Origin: Diadema antillarum
Lineage: Eukaryota
Direction: 5' to 3'
Length of the DNA stretch: 64,000 nt
Assembly: GCF_040938485.1 (NCBI RefSeq)
Contig: NW_027271555.1
Span: 248,001 to 312,000, forward strand
Below are positions 50,101 through 62,657 of this stretch, one piece after another; positions within the stretch are counted from its first letter, which is position 1; every line of letters begins with the position of its first letter. The translations under genes and the position numbers were made by a program. The notes below the pieces were generated by a model. The model did not search any database. It was not told where the DNA came from and saw only the letters and a list, made by a program, of their open reading frames with translations.

Positions 50101-53100
50101 CGCGATCGGCTTTGATATGGCAGAAAATTTCTGATCAACTTTTAGGCGTGTCGCATGGCACCCTGGGAAATTTCGCTAACGAAGCGCGTAATTGGCTCTT
50201 GGACACTTAAGGCAGCTTAGACTCCCCTGTCCAGTCTCATCCTTAAATCCGATCTCATCGAATTTAATAGCACGGTATTAATATCATCGCTGCGTTGCGA
50301 ATAATCCTCGTCTTGGCGATGACGTAGTGTCTGGGCCGTTGAGGCTATCGTGTCGGGGTGTAGGATTCCGAGTGCTCAAACAATTTTCTTTTCGCATTTT
50401 GAGGGATTTGGCGCGCTTGCCGGGTGGCTGCATGTCCAAGTCGCCAAGCAACAGACGACCGCTGTCGTATATATTCGCTGCACCTCAAAGAAGAGTTTCC
50501 CGCAGTACAACGCGTCATGATATGAAAGACGCATACTCGATTGGCTATGGAAGTTAAACTTCAATCAACACACACATACGTACCGGAAATCACGATTAGT
50601 ATTGCATAGGAATAATAGGATGTCGAAATGGTCCAGAGGGAATACGTAAATGTTGCGTAATAATATGGTATATCTCAGTCAAAGCAAAACACCAGTAAAC
50701 CCATTGTCTTTCTCGATATATTTTTCTGTCCCCCCCCCCTCTCTCTCTCTCTCTCTCTTCTTTTCTCTTCTCTTCCCTTTGCTCGGTAGCCGTCATAAGC
50801 TTCATGATACGAGTATCAAAGCACGTCAGTCTACCCCTTCTCCAATCACGGCCGAACTTATATTACGAGCCCCATCCAATACCCAGGAGCTCCACGATAA
50901 TGTAAGCAATTCCCATGCAAATAACAGGGGGATTCCCGACTTTGCCAGTTCAAAGAACACACGTGCATGCATTTTATAATAAGAATTGATACCGAGAGAA
51001 AAGGAAAATGGTACATTACTTTCAGATTGTACAGCGCATGACAGAAATTCACGATATAAATTGCCGAGATATTTCGATACCTAGACTGTCCTCCTTCCCT
51101 TTTGAATTATTTTATTTTACTGTTGGTGATTTACGTACGCGTAATTGGTAGGATCGTGAGGGGAGGAGACATTGGAGAGAGTTCATAAAATGAAATCGAA
51201 TCAAATCACAATGCTCAAAGACCTCGCTAAACACAATTCAATTGGTGCGAAACCTTTGGGGAGCTATTTCATTGCTCTTGTCGAGCTTGTGTTGTCAGCT
51301 ACTAAAATGGAGGAGCTGCTAGTAGTTTCTGCAGTGACCTAGAGTGCTTGTAAGGTAAAGAACATTTATTTTTTTCATGTCAAGATGGTATTTAGGTTTT
51401 ATTCGCCATGAAAGAAATATTCATGTTTTAAGCGTAGCTAAGTAACATGCAGTCGCTTAAAATACCATTGCACAGAAACGAGGCTGGACATTGAACACTT
51501 TAGTTCGCTTTGCATGTAGAGAAAGCCATTAAGATACTAGTACAGAGTCATCATTAGGACTTACAACAGTAGGAGATAAACTCTTGCATACGGTAACATT
51601 TTATTCCTTCAGTCAATCGGGGGGGGGGGGGAGGGTCGTTGTATCGTGTGGGGTGCTCGTCGTCCAATCCTAGGTACGAGGAAACAAAAAAGAGTAGGTA
51701 CATTTCGATTGACCATACTGCTTGACAAATGAAATACTATTTTCGTCAAGCTGTTGCATTAGATGGCTGATAATAAGATTCAAAATTGACTTAATGATTG
51801 ACTTTCACTGAATCTGGATCGAGACCACGTAATAATCACTGACAACTTTGAAGTCAGTGGAAAATGTTGACGAATTAATGGCCCTATAAACGACTAAGAA
51901 TTGAATCACTCCAGAGAATTCAGAGTGATGATCGACATGTCGACGTATTAGATCCAGTAAACTCTCAGCAGCATTTTACGCTTTTGCTTGCTTTTTTTTA
52001 AATCTTTTCTAACATCTTATCGTAGTTTGCTAATACCTTATTCTCAAGGATATGTGTACTTTAAAGGCGGCAATAACTGACGATATGATTATGAACATGG
52101 GTATCGTTGGTGATTTTACCCCTTCCGCACTGTTAAAACAAAAACAGTATATCGTGTACGCTCGTCTGGAATATTGTGCTTGGCTTTCCTTTATTTTTAA
52201 CTCCAACAGAAATGAACAACTTCCCGTGTCCTTACTGAGTGAGATTAATTCCAAGCACTCTTTGTTGTTGTTGTTGTCTTTACACCCCCTCCCTCCATTT
52301 CCTCACCGAATATCAGACGAGGAACGAGCTCTAGACTGTGTTAATCCACGTACACCCTAGCTATACGTGAACGTCGCTTGGTAACAGTTTTAGGCGATAT
52401 AGAAATTAACATGCAATGACTATGCCATGGCAAAGCGATGGGCCCGATTTTTACTTGTAATGGATGATGATAAAGTGTTAGTTAGAAACACCGCATAAAA
52501 CATTATGTCAAGATGATGCGTACACTTGTCACATGGAGGTTTTACCACGGCCTTGCATAAAGCATACACTGTTCAGTGAATTATAGGCATGGGTGGCCCA
52601 TGTACGCGTTTTCTGTATCGAATCGCGCATGATTTTGGCACATGCCGGGAATATAAAGGAACTAATACATTGACATAACAAGATTGAATATGCCTATATT
52701 TTGCATTTACGAATTCTGTAAGTAGCCTGTTCAAACAGTGTTTTGTTTATGAAATTAGACATGCTTGGCAAAGATTTCCGCATTTTTTTTTTTTTTTTTT
52801 TTTTTTTGCTCTTTACATTTTGGCCCTCATGATATTAAAATTCTAGAAATGTTACGACATATTTCACGTAAGTATTCTCCATAAATCGTTGCATTTTCCA
52901 ACACATCCTTTAAACCGAGCAATAATAACTCATATGTATTAATTATGTATATCACGTCTGATCGCATGCGAATTGCAGGCATATTTATCATCAACAAACT
53001 ATTATACTCCAATTTGATAAAGGGAGAGAAATGTATACAATTTCGTGTTGATCTAGCGCCGCGGGGAGCGTTTGTATTGACTCAGCCGAGTGTGTACTGA

Positions 53101-56100
53101 CGGGCACGCGCTGAGCTAAATAAACTTGGGCAGGATTGTGGAAATCCGGTTTTTTCCCTCACGCCCCAAACTGCATAGATTTACCATGGTGCCGGGATAA
53201 ACGGTACCGCTGGCTAGTGCTCTGTTCTTATTCATCAGGAAATGAAGGTAGAATATCAAGCTTCTTTGTATTAATGGAGATATAAAATGGACTCTGTTTC
53301 CCTTCATCATACACATTTTTATGTATAAACTGGGCTATATAATAGTGAGGTTTGGATCAGTTCATTTTATCGTCTGACCAAAAATTAGTCAAAACTAGGG
53401 AGAGATTCCTGATATTTTGAACGTTAGTTATAGAACATGCAGCACATTGTTTCAAATTCAACGACAGTACAGGTTAAAGGTACCCTACTATTTTTCATGA
53501 TTAATTTTTAGGCCTATATCTATAAAGATAAGTAGATATTACCACTATAATTTATCAAAGATTATGGCACTTTTATATGTATATAATATAAGGGGCCTAT
53601 AAGATTATAATGTATTAAAAATGGAACTGAATCGCCGGCAAAATTATAGAGAAATTTTACTGAGCTAGAAGTTATTCAAATTAAGTGTTTGAAGATCAGT
53701 TTTCGAGGCGTGAGTCCGCTATCTGATGCTATTGCGATATTTGATCAAGCATTTAAGAATTGCATTCAAATATAGTTCAGACATATAGTGACTGATTATG
53801 ATTTACAGTTTTTTCAGCTTTGCTCTTAATCTATTTTTTTTTTCCTTTGCGATACAAAAGACATTTTCTCACTTTTCGCCAACAAAATAAAAGTGCGAAT
53901 TTCTCTATAGAAGCCAGAAGAGTCACAAATTTTACTAGGAATCAAAAGTACATTAAACTATATAGAGTGCAAGTGAAATACGATCGAACCTACTCAACTA
54001 AAAAACAAACGTGCCTGAAAGTAATAGCCCCTTCGAGCAAAAAGAGAAAAATAGAGAGAGGGGCAAAGATTGGCAGTCAGTGAACAACTCACATGAAGAA
54101 TATTGGAATAATTCTTTGGTATGCGCGCCATTGAATGAACTGATATAACGAGAAAAGAGGGGGTTGGGAGAAAGAGGGCGTGAGGAAAGAAGAGAGAAGG
54201 CAAAAGGGAGAAGTACATTTCAAATCGTATATTTCGTCTTATGTATTTCATAAACTGTTTATGCGTAGATTTCAGGCCACCGACTATGCTGTGCACAGTT
54301 GGAAAACAGTAGGAGTTATTTATGCGTTGGCTTGTTCATTTCGAGAGCTCAGCGGGACGCGCGCGAAAGTCAAAAACATGCAACGCGAGAAGACGAGAGG
54401 ATGAAAATAAGTACGGTATCGTGTAGAAGCGCCTTTGGGTCCTAGGCTTTGCGAAGATAAGTGTACTAACATGACATATTGAAATCATGGACTGCGCGGA
54501 GTTTATGAATAGCCATTTTTAGTGAATTAATAGCTACTATATACATTCTTGATGACCCGTTATGTCTTCGCTTTGTTTTCTTGTGATTAATTTCATGCAA
54601 AGTATTAACATGCTTCAACTGCTCCCCTAAAGTTGACTCAGTTTTGAACTCGACCGGGTGCCAGTCTCTTACATGGGCCGCGCAGCGCCCGTTACGCCTT
54701 CCCTGAACTTGCCCGAGGGCGAGTCGGCGACGATCCCGCTGAGTTGTTTATGCGACTCGGGGCATCATCCTCGCGTTTCTCGATAGAACTCGTGTGAAAG
54801 TTCATCATTCTTTTCTCTCCCCCTCTTTCGATCATATTCATAAAATTCTATCAGATTTATGTTTTCCTCCGTTCGACCTTGGGGACCTGAGGGTTTTCCT
54901 TCATTTTGTTTGTCTGTTTTCTTTTTATAACACTCTGTCGCACTTGTCAATGTTACTCTAAAGAGCGTCGGTTTACAAGTTATGATACCAAGGCATCACT
55001 GAATATACCGGTTGGTTCCATACCACTCATTATCCTTGCACACCTTACAGTAAATTTTAGGTATGTGAGGTTATAATATTTCATTTGCACCATTCTTTGC
55101 CGCGGTCAAGCTCTGCTTCCGGAGAAGTACTAGTCCATTCATAATAAAAGGATACATGTTTAGTTCATAAAATGTACAGCACTATTTTGATTCTGATCTT
55201 TAAAAAACAATAGTCTTTAAATCGGTCAGCGATTATGACTCGCAAGGATCATTAATCTTTGTTGAAAGTCCAACAAAAAGGCAAAAAGTCATGTGTGTGT
55301 GGGTGGGTGTGCGTGTGTGTGCGTGTGTGTGAGTAGATGTAGCGAATAGCGGGGGGCCCCAGGCACGGAGTTCATCGGGAGCCTGCTGCGCGAAAAATGC
55401 AAATCAGCATGCAGCCGTAATTAGACCCGACATGGGCATAGCGTGGCATCCCCCGTGTGGGGTAGACCACATGTATGTACGCACTTCTACAGCCGTGGTC
55501 TGAGATGATGTCGCTGGTTGGATTGTGTGCTTTAATTCCAGAGTGAGACAGAAAGATGGACATAAGAGAAAAGCGGTGAGGGTGGGAAGGAAGAGGAGGT
55601 CGAGCAATGAGTTTCTTGTCGAGTCTGGGAGGGCAACCTATTCGTACCGATAATTCTCGTGGTGAGACCACATGTTGGCAATAAATTGAAGAACAACAAG
55701 AATTCAACCCATGAAAATTGAGACACGCTAGGATGTGATTCGGGTTGATCTACATTGTAATTTATTTGTGAATGATACTGTCGATGCAGACCTTGTTTTG
55801 CCTTCAGTATTGGCAAATAATGACAACAGAACAGTCAGTTTAGTCCTTCGCAAGACCAACAATAAGAAATATAGCTCTACGAGGTCCGTCATCAAAGAAA
55901 ACGAGTGAAGTGAAAATATTCCTAAGCCACAAATGTACAAGGGAATAGAATCTTGAATGGGAAGCCAGTTGTGCTTACGAAGGAAGTGTTTTGTTTATCA
56001 ACCCATCAATGAAAACAACAATAGGTAAATGCACATATCAATGACACCGTAAATGTCAAGATCACAGCTGAAATCTGACCATCACTGCTCAACTTGTAGG

Positions 56101-57374
56101 TTATACCTGGATAAAATTCGCATTGTACTAGTTTGTAAACTTTGACGTTGTAAAATCTGATGATCAGAATGCATGTACAGGAATTAAAGAGCGAAGAAAC
56201 CGGTAAACAAGTGTAGTAAACCTTTGTTCGCCATATTCAGACGTACAAATGTATCGAGCCGCCACTCGCTTTTAGTCGTCACTTTGTGTTAACACTACTA
56301 ACAGCACCCAACAGCTCGCTTTCCTGCCAGAAGACTTGTATGTGAAGAGAAGTCTCACCATGTCCCACGCACATGAAGTGATGTGATGAATTTTGCAGAC
56401 TTACAAACATCAATCTGGGGACGCTCAGAGAGTAAGGATCAAAGGGAGGAAAATCTGATGAGAAGACGGCTGGGAAAAGGGGTTCCCGTCACCCCTCCAT
56501 AAAGTACACTTCAGATCAACAAATGGGGAAAATCTGACTAAACGACATCTAATTCTAAGAACATTACATCTATTGCAATGCAGAAACATACTGTTTAAGT
56601 ATAAAGTAAAATTGATTTCGATCAATAAATATCTTTAAAAATGACATAACCCGCCTCCTCCAAGGGTTATATGATTCTCTCTGAGCTTTAACCTTTAATG
56701 AATCATAAAGGTCTTTTTTCGTCGTCTCATCAGCATTTTGTCGTAATTTTGTTGGAGTTGTTGAACTCCTTCCATATATAGTTCTGACTATATACTTGTC
56801 CTACTATTAACCGCAGGGTACAAGAAAAAATATTGCACACATTCTCAGAGCATCGCTTTCTAATAACTCAGATGCTCCAAAACAAGCAACCAATACTGAG
56901 GGTGCATTGTTCGTGGTATGGTGACCAACATGCTGAATCAACTAACCCACTAACTATGGCTGCATATAACATTTTCAGGAGGAGATTAATTAACGCCCAG
57001 TCATGCCGTGACGTCATTGTTAGACTCATTTAGTCTGTCGTAAAACAGACAATCTCGTAACGTATCACTTCCGGTGTTACGGTGTCTCGACACTATACAC
57101 AAAGCAATATTGCTATCGATTTCCTTTGTCTACATGAGATGTACTGTGAGGAAAGATGGCACTCGCCACCTATAGCAATCACACAGTTTGACGGCAGACA
57201 TTGTTTCTATTGGACGAAGCATCGATACAAGCTGAAAAGTTTGCTGTCAATATATGTCCTCAGCATTGAGAAACCTCCTTGAATGGAGACTGGGTGTGTT
57301 CAACCATGCAGAGAGAGATGGAAAATGTCATGAATCTCTGTTGGAACAGACAACGCAGCAAGCTGTTTTGAAAC

Positions 57375-57414
57375 CAGGGAGGTGGAAGAGAGATATCTCT
57401 CTTCCACCTCTCTG
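57375..57414. mobile_element. 40-bp palindromic insertion with 8-bp target-site duplication
   Basis: A perfect 32-bp palindrome GAGGTGGAAGAGAGAT|ATCTCTCTTCCACCTC (57379-57410) extends to CAGG...TCTG. Flanks TTTGAAAC and ATTGAAAC match at 7/8. Confidence 0.7.
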
Positions 57415-58012
57415 ATTGAAACGAACTCAAGTTTTGCTATGCTGAGAAGATGACATAATTTGCTTTTGATATACATAATAATATATAGATAGATATATAG
57501 ATATAGTGCCTATACTCTTATGTTAAGGAAAATAAGAATTTTGACTGCAATTTCACATCGACAAAAGCTTTTGTACGCTAGTTTTGAAAAACAATTTCTT
57601 TAAACATTCAAATCACGTGTCACCTCCTAAAACACGTGAAGAAACCGCTTAAAGAAGAGATATCATCTACATGCTATACGCGTCACGGCCAATTTATTTG
57701 GCCATTTGTGATACGTGTCGCGCGCACGCTCCCACGCTTAAATTGTCTCCTCTTTCTAATAGATTGTTGCTTTACTGCGATTTTCGGAGGTATAAAGGAG
57801 AGTAGGAAGGGAAAAAACTCCTGAGTAGTGGCGGTATTTTCTCTTTTCCTTGTACGCTGTTATCAATAAAAAATCTGCGTTTTCTGTCATCTTTGTGATC
57901 CGAAGGTCGAAGCGACCTACGATAGAGGTTAAGTCGACAATCCCCACGACATAATGGCTATAACACAACGCGGACACTTGGGACTGCGAACAAGTATAGC
58001 AACCAGCACTTT

Positions 58013-58015
<3 letters not shown>

Positions 58016-58044
<29 letters not shown>
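58016..58044. repeat. (CA)n microsatellite
   Basis: Uninterrupted CA run. Similar shorter runs occur near 5383-5402 and 30333-30359. Confidence 0.9.
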
Positions 58045-58049
<5 letters not shown>

Positions 58050-59373
58050 TCTACATGTACTAAACATAGACTAATGAAAATTTAAAAAAAAAACTTTCTC
58101 ATATGAGTTTCCCTACAAACGTTAAGTATTTTCTGGATCTTCCAGATACCAAAGTACAGTACTTTGGGCCCTTTTAACAGTCCTGTCAGAAAATTATCAT
58201 TGGCATTAAAATAAATGGGCCATAAATGCAACGAAAGTACGTTTAAAGAGTTACAAACGTTGGGTGAAAATTAGACTGTACTTTTATATTTTATCAAGAG
58301 GTGGCGCTAATCCATTCGTAAAATGAAATTGAATATTAGATTTCTTAGACCTGAAAGATACTAGGAATAATGCCCTGCACACGCCTTTGGGTAGAGTTTT
58401 TTCTTTTTACAGCGGATATCTACTGTTGTTGTTTTTATCAAAACGAGTGAAAGCAGTGACATTTTGTATTTAAAACAAATAATACCACTGATAAGGTCGT
58501 ATCGGCTAGGTTGAATTTCATGATCATGATATAGTAATGTAATATAAGCATAATATAACAATACATCTGTCCTCCCTGGGCACGATATATATCTTCTTCT
58601 TTCTTTTTCAAGTTACAGTTAGGTTGTCATCACGTTTTTCTTGTCTATGATGGCGCTGAACGCTGATTTGTTCCTTTTTTGTTCAGTGCACTCAGAATGT
58701 GTTTGCTTACGATGTAAAAAGCAAATTAAACTAATACTTTGCAGTTCCACAGTGATGAAAAACAGTTTGCTAATGTTAAAAAATATTGATACACAATGTC
58801 TACATACAGAAACTTAAAGCGCAACGGTCAATAGAATAGTCCTCTTCTGATATCTTACACGCTCTAAAAATTCCTAGCTATCAGCGCGCTTAAAATTTAC
58901 GACACACCGGCCGCGCGCGCAAATTCCGGGCGAACATGTAACGACGCTCAGCGGAGACAGAGTGACTACTGCTCTTACGTAACCGTTACAGTTTTATGTC
59001 ACCCCCTTGATGATCGTCAATTTCCAGCCTGACATAATGCGATGATTGCTGCATAAACTCCCTTGTCAATGTCTCGTGATGGCTCCATTAATGTCAGGCA
59101 CCAACCAAAGTCGCTTCGGCCTATTTTATGCGGACCGTTCTGCTGCGAGCGTTTTATCGCTCTGGTTTGCGTATCAACAACAGCATTGTATCATCGAAAG
59201 GATCGCTCCCAGCTGAGACAGAATACGTGCACAATGACATCGGTTTTAACTCTTATAACTTTTAAAGAAATCTTGCGATGCCCCTAATGCCGTAGTATCC
59301 CTACAAAGCTCTTCATGACAATGAATATGATTTGGTAGAACTGATGCTAAATATAATCCGTATACCATCAAAC

Positions 59374-59413
59374 CATGGAGCTACTAACAAAGTTCTCTGT
59401 TAGTAGCTCCATG
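59374..59413. mobile_element. 40-bp hairpin insertion with perfect 7-bp target-site duplication
   Basis: CATGGAGCTACTAACA-aagttctc-TGTTAGTAGCTCCATG (perfect 16-bp arms) between two copies of ATCAAAC (59367-59373 and 59414-59420). Confidence 0.85.
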
Positions 59414-62400
59414 ATCAAACCTTCGTCGCCTAATGTCCAACATTAGGTTCCAAGGTTACACTAGCCTCGGCCCAAGAGCATGTATTTCTGGTTGTTAATT
59501 TGATTCGTCGTTAATAGCAGTCCGTTGAACTGGGATATGGGACGCACAGGAGAATAAGCATGGGGCTACTTGGTGTAAGTAATACATGAATATACGTGAG
59601 TGTTATGAAAGCAGTACATATAACTATAAGAACACAATAAAGGGGGTGTAGATGCAGTGATGTATTTATATCAGTGAGCGTGTGTGTGTGTTTTTCCCCA
59701 TTATCTCATTGTTCAGCTCTCCGGTGAATACCATCAATGATATTTGGGATGGACGTCTCCAGAGACACATTTTTCGAAGCTTTGTTTCCTTCATTTAGTA
59801 AGCTATGCAACGCTGCATAATATGTTGGCTTGAAGTTTGGAAATATATATCGACGAGTATGTTACAGTCTCATGCTCCCCCCCCCCCTCCCCAGCTGCCA
59901 TCTTTATTTTGATCCTTCTTATTCTCTGACATTAGGCAGAGGGAAGGAAAGGTGCGTACCATTCAAAATGGGTTGGAAATGAGTTTAATTTTTCTCCTCT
60001 ATTTTTGTTTTCCGTCTGAGAAGCGAGGTTCAGGTTTTCGTTTTCAACCTGGGTTCCCTCCCGCATCTCTCACTTCGGTCCCTTGCCTCCGCTGCTCGCC
60101 TGAACTCCCCGGAGTCGAAACACGAGAGTATGGGTTTGTGTGTGATATGCCGCCTCTTCCCACTAACCGTCGTGAATTCGTGAGAGCAGATATAGAAACG
60201 AATTACAGGAACTGTCATGTAGGTATTGTTAGTCTAGGTAACCAGGCATTTCTCTCTGACAATCAGCATGCAAAGAAGCTTAATGTGCTATTACTGTAAG
60301 ACACTCAACAAGAAACGCCTGGAAGTGTGAAACAAAGTACAATTTCTGTGCCTCCTATACCCTTTCACTGGTTCAGAGTGCGTTAAGAAATGTCGGATGG
60401 AACGGAGGTACAGGGTGTATGATTTATTTCTGTCCTAATCACGTTCTATTACTATAAAAAAAAGTAACATAGCCAACACTAAGCTTGTAAGAATATCGAT
60501 GAAAACATTCCTTGGGCATAAATTCAAACGCAACTCAATGCAGCTACAATGACATCGTTCACTCTATATGACACTCACTGATGTACAAGTTCCTTCCCGC
60601 AAATTGAAATCGGAAAAATCTGCATGAGAAAGTAGTCATTAGTGTTGCTTCAAACGATAACATGAGAACGTATAACATGTCTTCTAAGAAGGTGGCTTAT
60701 CCTAGTGATGTGGACTGAAGTCTCGACCAGTTGATTCCAGTGAAGACACAAGGTCGTATTATGAAGGGGGAGATTCTCACGTTGTCCTTTTCAAAGTTGA
60801 AGAGGGATGGAAGATCAGAAACCATCTTTTCCTTACTACGGTTCATGCTTCGAGTTGATGTATTTTGATCAAGAGAATTCAGGCGTGCCGACACATCACT
60901 GTACTGTGGAGAGGTCAGAATGTTTGAGTGGTTTAACATATAGACAACACCTTATACGAGACAGATCTGTTTTTAGTTCATTCTTTCTTCTTTTTACATA
61001 GGGGACTATATCATTCAGTGTTGGCAGTTACTGCTTGATAACAACCAGAAGAACTATGATACGATGAAGTGTAAGAGCGATGTAATATCTACGTCTAGTA
61101 CGAAGAGAAAGATGACACAAGGAGAAAACTTGGGCCCCATCGGGTCAAGATGAAATAGAGGGAGCGACGTCTCCTACGTTTCGTCCAACCATTTCATATT
61201 CATCGAGTAATTTCTCTGAGTCCCAGATGTGTCAAGTTTGACGCGTATACATTCCGCATCTTGTATCAAGTGTCTTGTGAAGATTAATCGGACTAACACT
61301 TTCAGAAGAGAGAAGACATTCATGCTGGGGGGGGGGGGGGGAGGGGAGGGAGGGGGGTGGGGGATTATCAAATGTGTGCCCGTGTGATGTGGGCTTGTCT
61401 GTGCGATTACATTGGGCTGGATCCTTTTCTTATCACAACAGAGCTACAGGACATCCCTGATCCAAACTTTCCGGTTGCTAGCATTCGAGTGACTTGAACC
61501 GATGCTCCGCTTCACATATCCGTTCTACGATGTCGCAGCTTTGTTTCAGGCATCTTCCCCTTTTCTCAAACCAATCCAGGCACGATTGCGATCATCATTT
61601 ACTTCAAGACACGTTCCAGTAGATGCTTCATTTTTTCCACCAATCCGAAAGTGTCAGATCCTTCGTCATCTCCTACGGCTCCTCCTCTTCGCTGGACTCC
61701 GGCGCAGTCGCCCAAAACTCGTCTCTCGATTACCGTAACGGTATTCCAAGGTTGTCGCTTCCCCGTTTCCTTCCTTCGCCCTTTGTTCTCGCCGACTCTC
61801 TCGGCGTAAAGTTCCGCCCTATCCCGTTGGCCTATCCCCTCGTCGCGTCTTTAAATTGATTCACTCCGTGCGATGACAGCTTCGTCCCAATTTCTCTTAC
61901 TCCATGCCTAAGCTCTCCATCTTCCCAGCAGTCCCCCCCCCCTCTCTCTCTTTCTCTCTCTGCCCCTATAGGGCACTCTTCACACATCTACAACATTATG
62001 TGTCTTGTCGTCACATTGAACACCCCCCCCCCCCACACACACATATATAATATACACATTCACACATACTCCCTGGATGAGCCTCGTCTATACCAGGGGG
62101 GTGAGTCCCCTCCCTGGACCTACCAATCGTGTGTCAGGCCAAACTCGTCCACACAATATTTCAACGTCATCTTCATTTCATCGCGATAAATATTCATCCC
62201 CTCTTCTTTATCCTTCTTTCGTTCTTCGTTTTATGTGCGCGTGACGCGACTTACATCAGGCTCTTTGGAGGGATGAAGAAAAATGAGGGTTTGAAATTCC
62301 TGTTTTAACAAATATTGCCGTGACATTAAATCCCAGTGTTGTGTATGGACAAAACTCCATGGCTAATAATAAATTCATACTTGCCTTTACAGTAAAAGAA

Positions 62401-62635
62401 ATGTTAGGAATTTTAAATCTAAATTTATAGTCAAAAGCTATGATCCAGGGAAGTTAAAAAAAAGCAGAGAACTGTATAAGAACGTTCACGGAGAAATCAG
62501 AATTAGAACATCTTTTAGCACGATGGAAAGTCAAAAGTGGGTGGGGTGGATGTCAGCTCTTGTTGTTTCGGACATACCTGCAGGCAAGAATGTGGAAGTC
62601 AGAAAGCAGTACCAGAGTGTTGCAGAATGAATAAC

Positions 62636-62657
62636 CACGGAGCTATGTCGCTCCATG
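62636..62657. mobile_element. 22-bp degenerate member of the CATGGAGCT hairpin family
   Basis: CACGGAGCTA-tgtc-GCTCCATG, flanked by GAATAAC and GAATGAG (5/7). Confidence 0.5.

Noticed and set aside
57362-57376. Minus-strand WFQN match suggesting a homeobox helix 3
   Set aside because: It continues WFQNSLLRC without the RR/KWR residues, is on the wrong strand for alx, and abuts a palindromic insertion.
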